From Gammaproteobacteria bacterium (GTDB lineage Bacteria > Pseudomonadota > Gammaproteobacteria > QQUJ01), in NCBI GenBank assembly GCA_050287605.1, contig JBNKCG010000037.1, positions 5,389-69,388 on the forward strand: a DNA stretch of 64,000 nt. The letters are read 5' to 3'. A model generated the notes under the pieces. That model saw nothing but the letters and a program-made list of their open reading frames with translations, made no database searches and was not told the origin of the DNA. Below, one piece after another: positions 61,551 to 64,000 of this stretch (positions are counted from its first letter, which is position 1; each line of letters begins with the position of its first letter). The translations under genes were made by a program, and so were the position numbers.

Positions 61551-61556
61551 TATAAT
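61551..61556 (+). promoter_or_regulatory. Candidate sigma70 -10 hexamer (TATAAT) for fmdB-aspS
   Basis: Perfect tataat 76 nt upstream of the fmdB ATG. The -35 is weak (tgtctt). Confidence 0.3.
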
Positions 61557-61632
61557 CGTCGGGCTTGAATTGGACTTGGCGCGCACCCATATTTCGTCCC
61601 AAGTCACCGAATCCGTTGCACGAGGTATCCCT

Positions 61633-61905
61633 ATGCCGATCTACGAATACGCCTGCACCGACTGCGGCCACGAACTGGAGGCCATCCAGAAGATGAGCGA
61701 TGCACCGCTCACCGACTGTCCCCAGTGCGGGAAACCGGCACTCAAGAAGCTGATCTCCGCAGCCGGTTTCCGCCTGAGTGGCAGCGGCTGGTACGAGACC
61801 GATTTCAAGAAAGACGGTCAGCGCAACGTGGCCAAGAAGGACAAGGAACCGCCGGCGTGTGCCGACTCCAAGAGTTCGACCTGCGCCTCGTGTGTCGGCG
61901 AATAG
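61633..61905 (+). CDS. FmdB-family zinc-ribbon protein (start at MPIYEYAC)
   Basis: MPIYEYACTDCGHE...CPQCG is the canonical FmdB zinc-ribbon N-terminus. The Gly/Ser/Cys-rich tail ends CASCVGE. Confidence 0.7.
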   Translation: MPIYEYACTDCGHELEAIQKMSDAPLTDCPQCGKPALKKLISAAGFRLSGSGWYETDFKKDGQRNVAKKDKEPPACADSKSSTCASCVGE

Positions 61906-61925
61906 TCCGCAGACAGATCACCCAT

Positions 61926-61960
61926 CCAAGGCCGGGCTCTGCCCGGCCTTGGTCGTTTTG
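61926..61960 (+). terminator. Rho-independent terminator between fmdB and aspS
   Basis: 12-bp GC-rich stem ccaaggccgggc / gcccggccttgg with loop tctg, followed by tcgttttg. Confidence 0.6.
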
Positions 61961-62049
61961 AGGCCTAGCCCCCACCTGCCTTGCCTACCACCCCCACAAA
62001 CCCGTAACATTTCTCGTTTTTCCCGACGCCCAAACAGGACCGAAGCCCC

Positions 62050-63822
<1,773 letters not shown>

Positions 63823-63824
63823 AG

Positions 63825-64000
63825 GTGGGAACCACGGCGCAACGATTCAAACGTCCGGTTTCGGTACTGGTGGTCGTAGCCACGGCGGCGGGCGACGTAT
63901 TGATAATGGAACGCACCCAACCGCGCGGCTTTTGGCAATCGGTCACCGGCAGCCTGCACGACCATGAAACGCCTGCTGCCGCCGCGCGACGCGAGCTGCT
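63825..64000 (+). CDS. nudB: Nudix hydrolase NudB-like (dihydroneopterin triphosphate pyrophosphatase), 5' part only; putative GTG start
   Basis: VGTTAQRFKRPVSVLVVVATAAGDVLIMERTQPRGFWQSVTGSLHDHETPAAAARREL matches E. coli NudB (YKRPVSILVVI...FWQSVTGS). The aspS-nudB order is as in E. coli. The frame runs off the window end. Confidence 0.6.
   Translation, partial: MGTTAQRFKRPVSVLVVVATAAGDVLIMERTQPRGFWQSVTGSLHDHETPAAAARREL

Overview
High-GC (about 65%) gammaproteobacterial chromosomal segment. Gene order resembles Pseudomonas and Halomonas: leuC-leuD-leuB-asd-fimV-truA-trpF-trpB-trpA-accD-folC on the minus strand. This is followed by aroC-MFS-lpxL, hemN, prmB, ettA, msrPQ, purL, dapA-bamC, gcvR-bcp and fmdB-aspS-nudB, all dense housekeeping genes. 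Accessory and notable content includes: (1) a secreted lipoprotein of six tandem two-Cys beta-sandwich repeats plus a C-terminal FN3 domain, behind a 450-bp AT-rich leader; (2) a c-di-GMP signalling neighbourhood, comprising a DUF1614 membrane protein, a GGDEF-EAL protein whose periplasmic sensor carries a CXXCH (heme c) motif, a small Cys/Trp-rich protein with two CW motifs, and a PilZ protein; (3) a roughly 271-bp MITE-like element with 29-bp terminal inverted repeats inserted at the 3' end of the PilZ gene; (4) a stand-alone FIST sensor protein translationally coupled to a soluble histidine kinase; (5) a PIN-PhoH (PhoH2) protein; (6) an RND efflux pair with a perfect AT-rich palindromic operator; (7) the marR-asnO-ngg-M42 peptidase NAGGN osmoprotectant operon. 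No tRNA, rRNA or CRISPR array was found. The many long ORFs antisense to real genes are high-GC artefacts. All calls rest on reading the translated ORFs and the DNA by eye. No database search was run.
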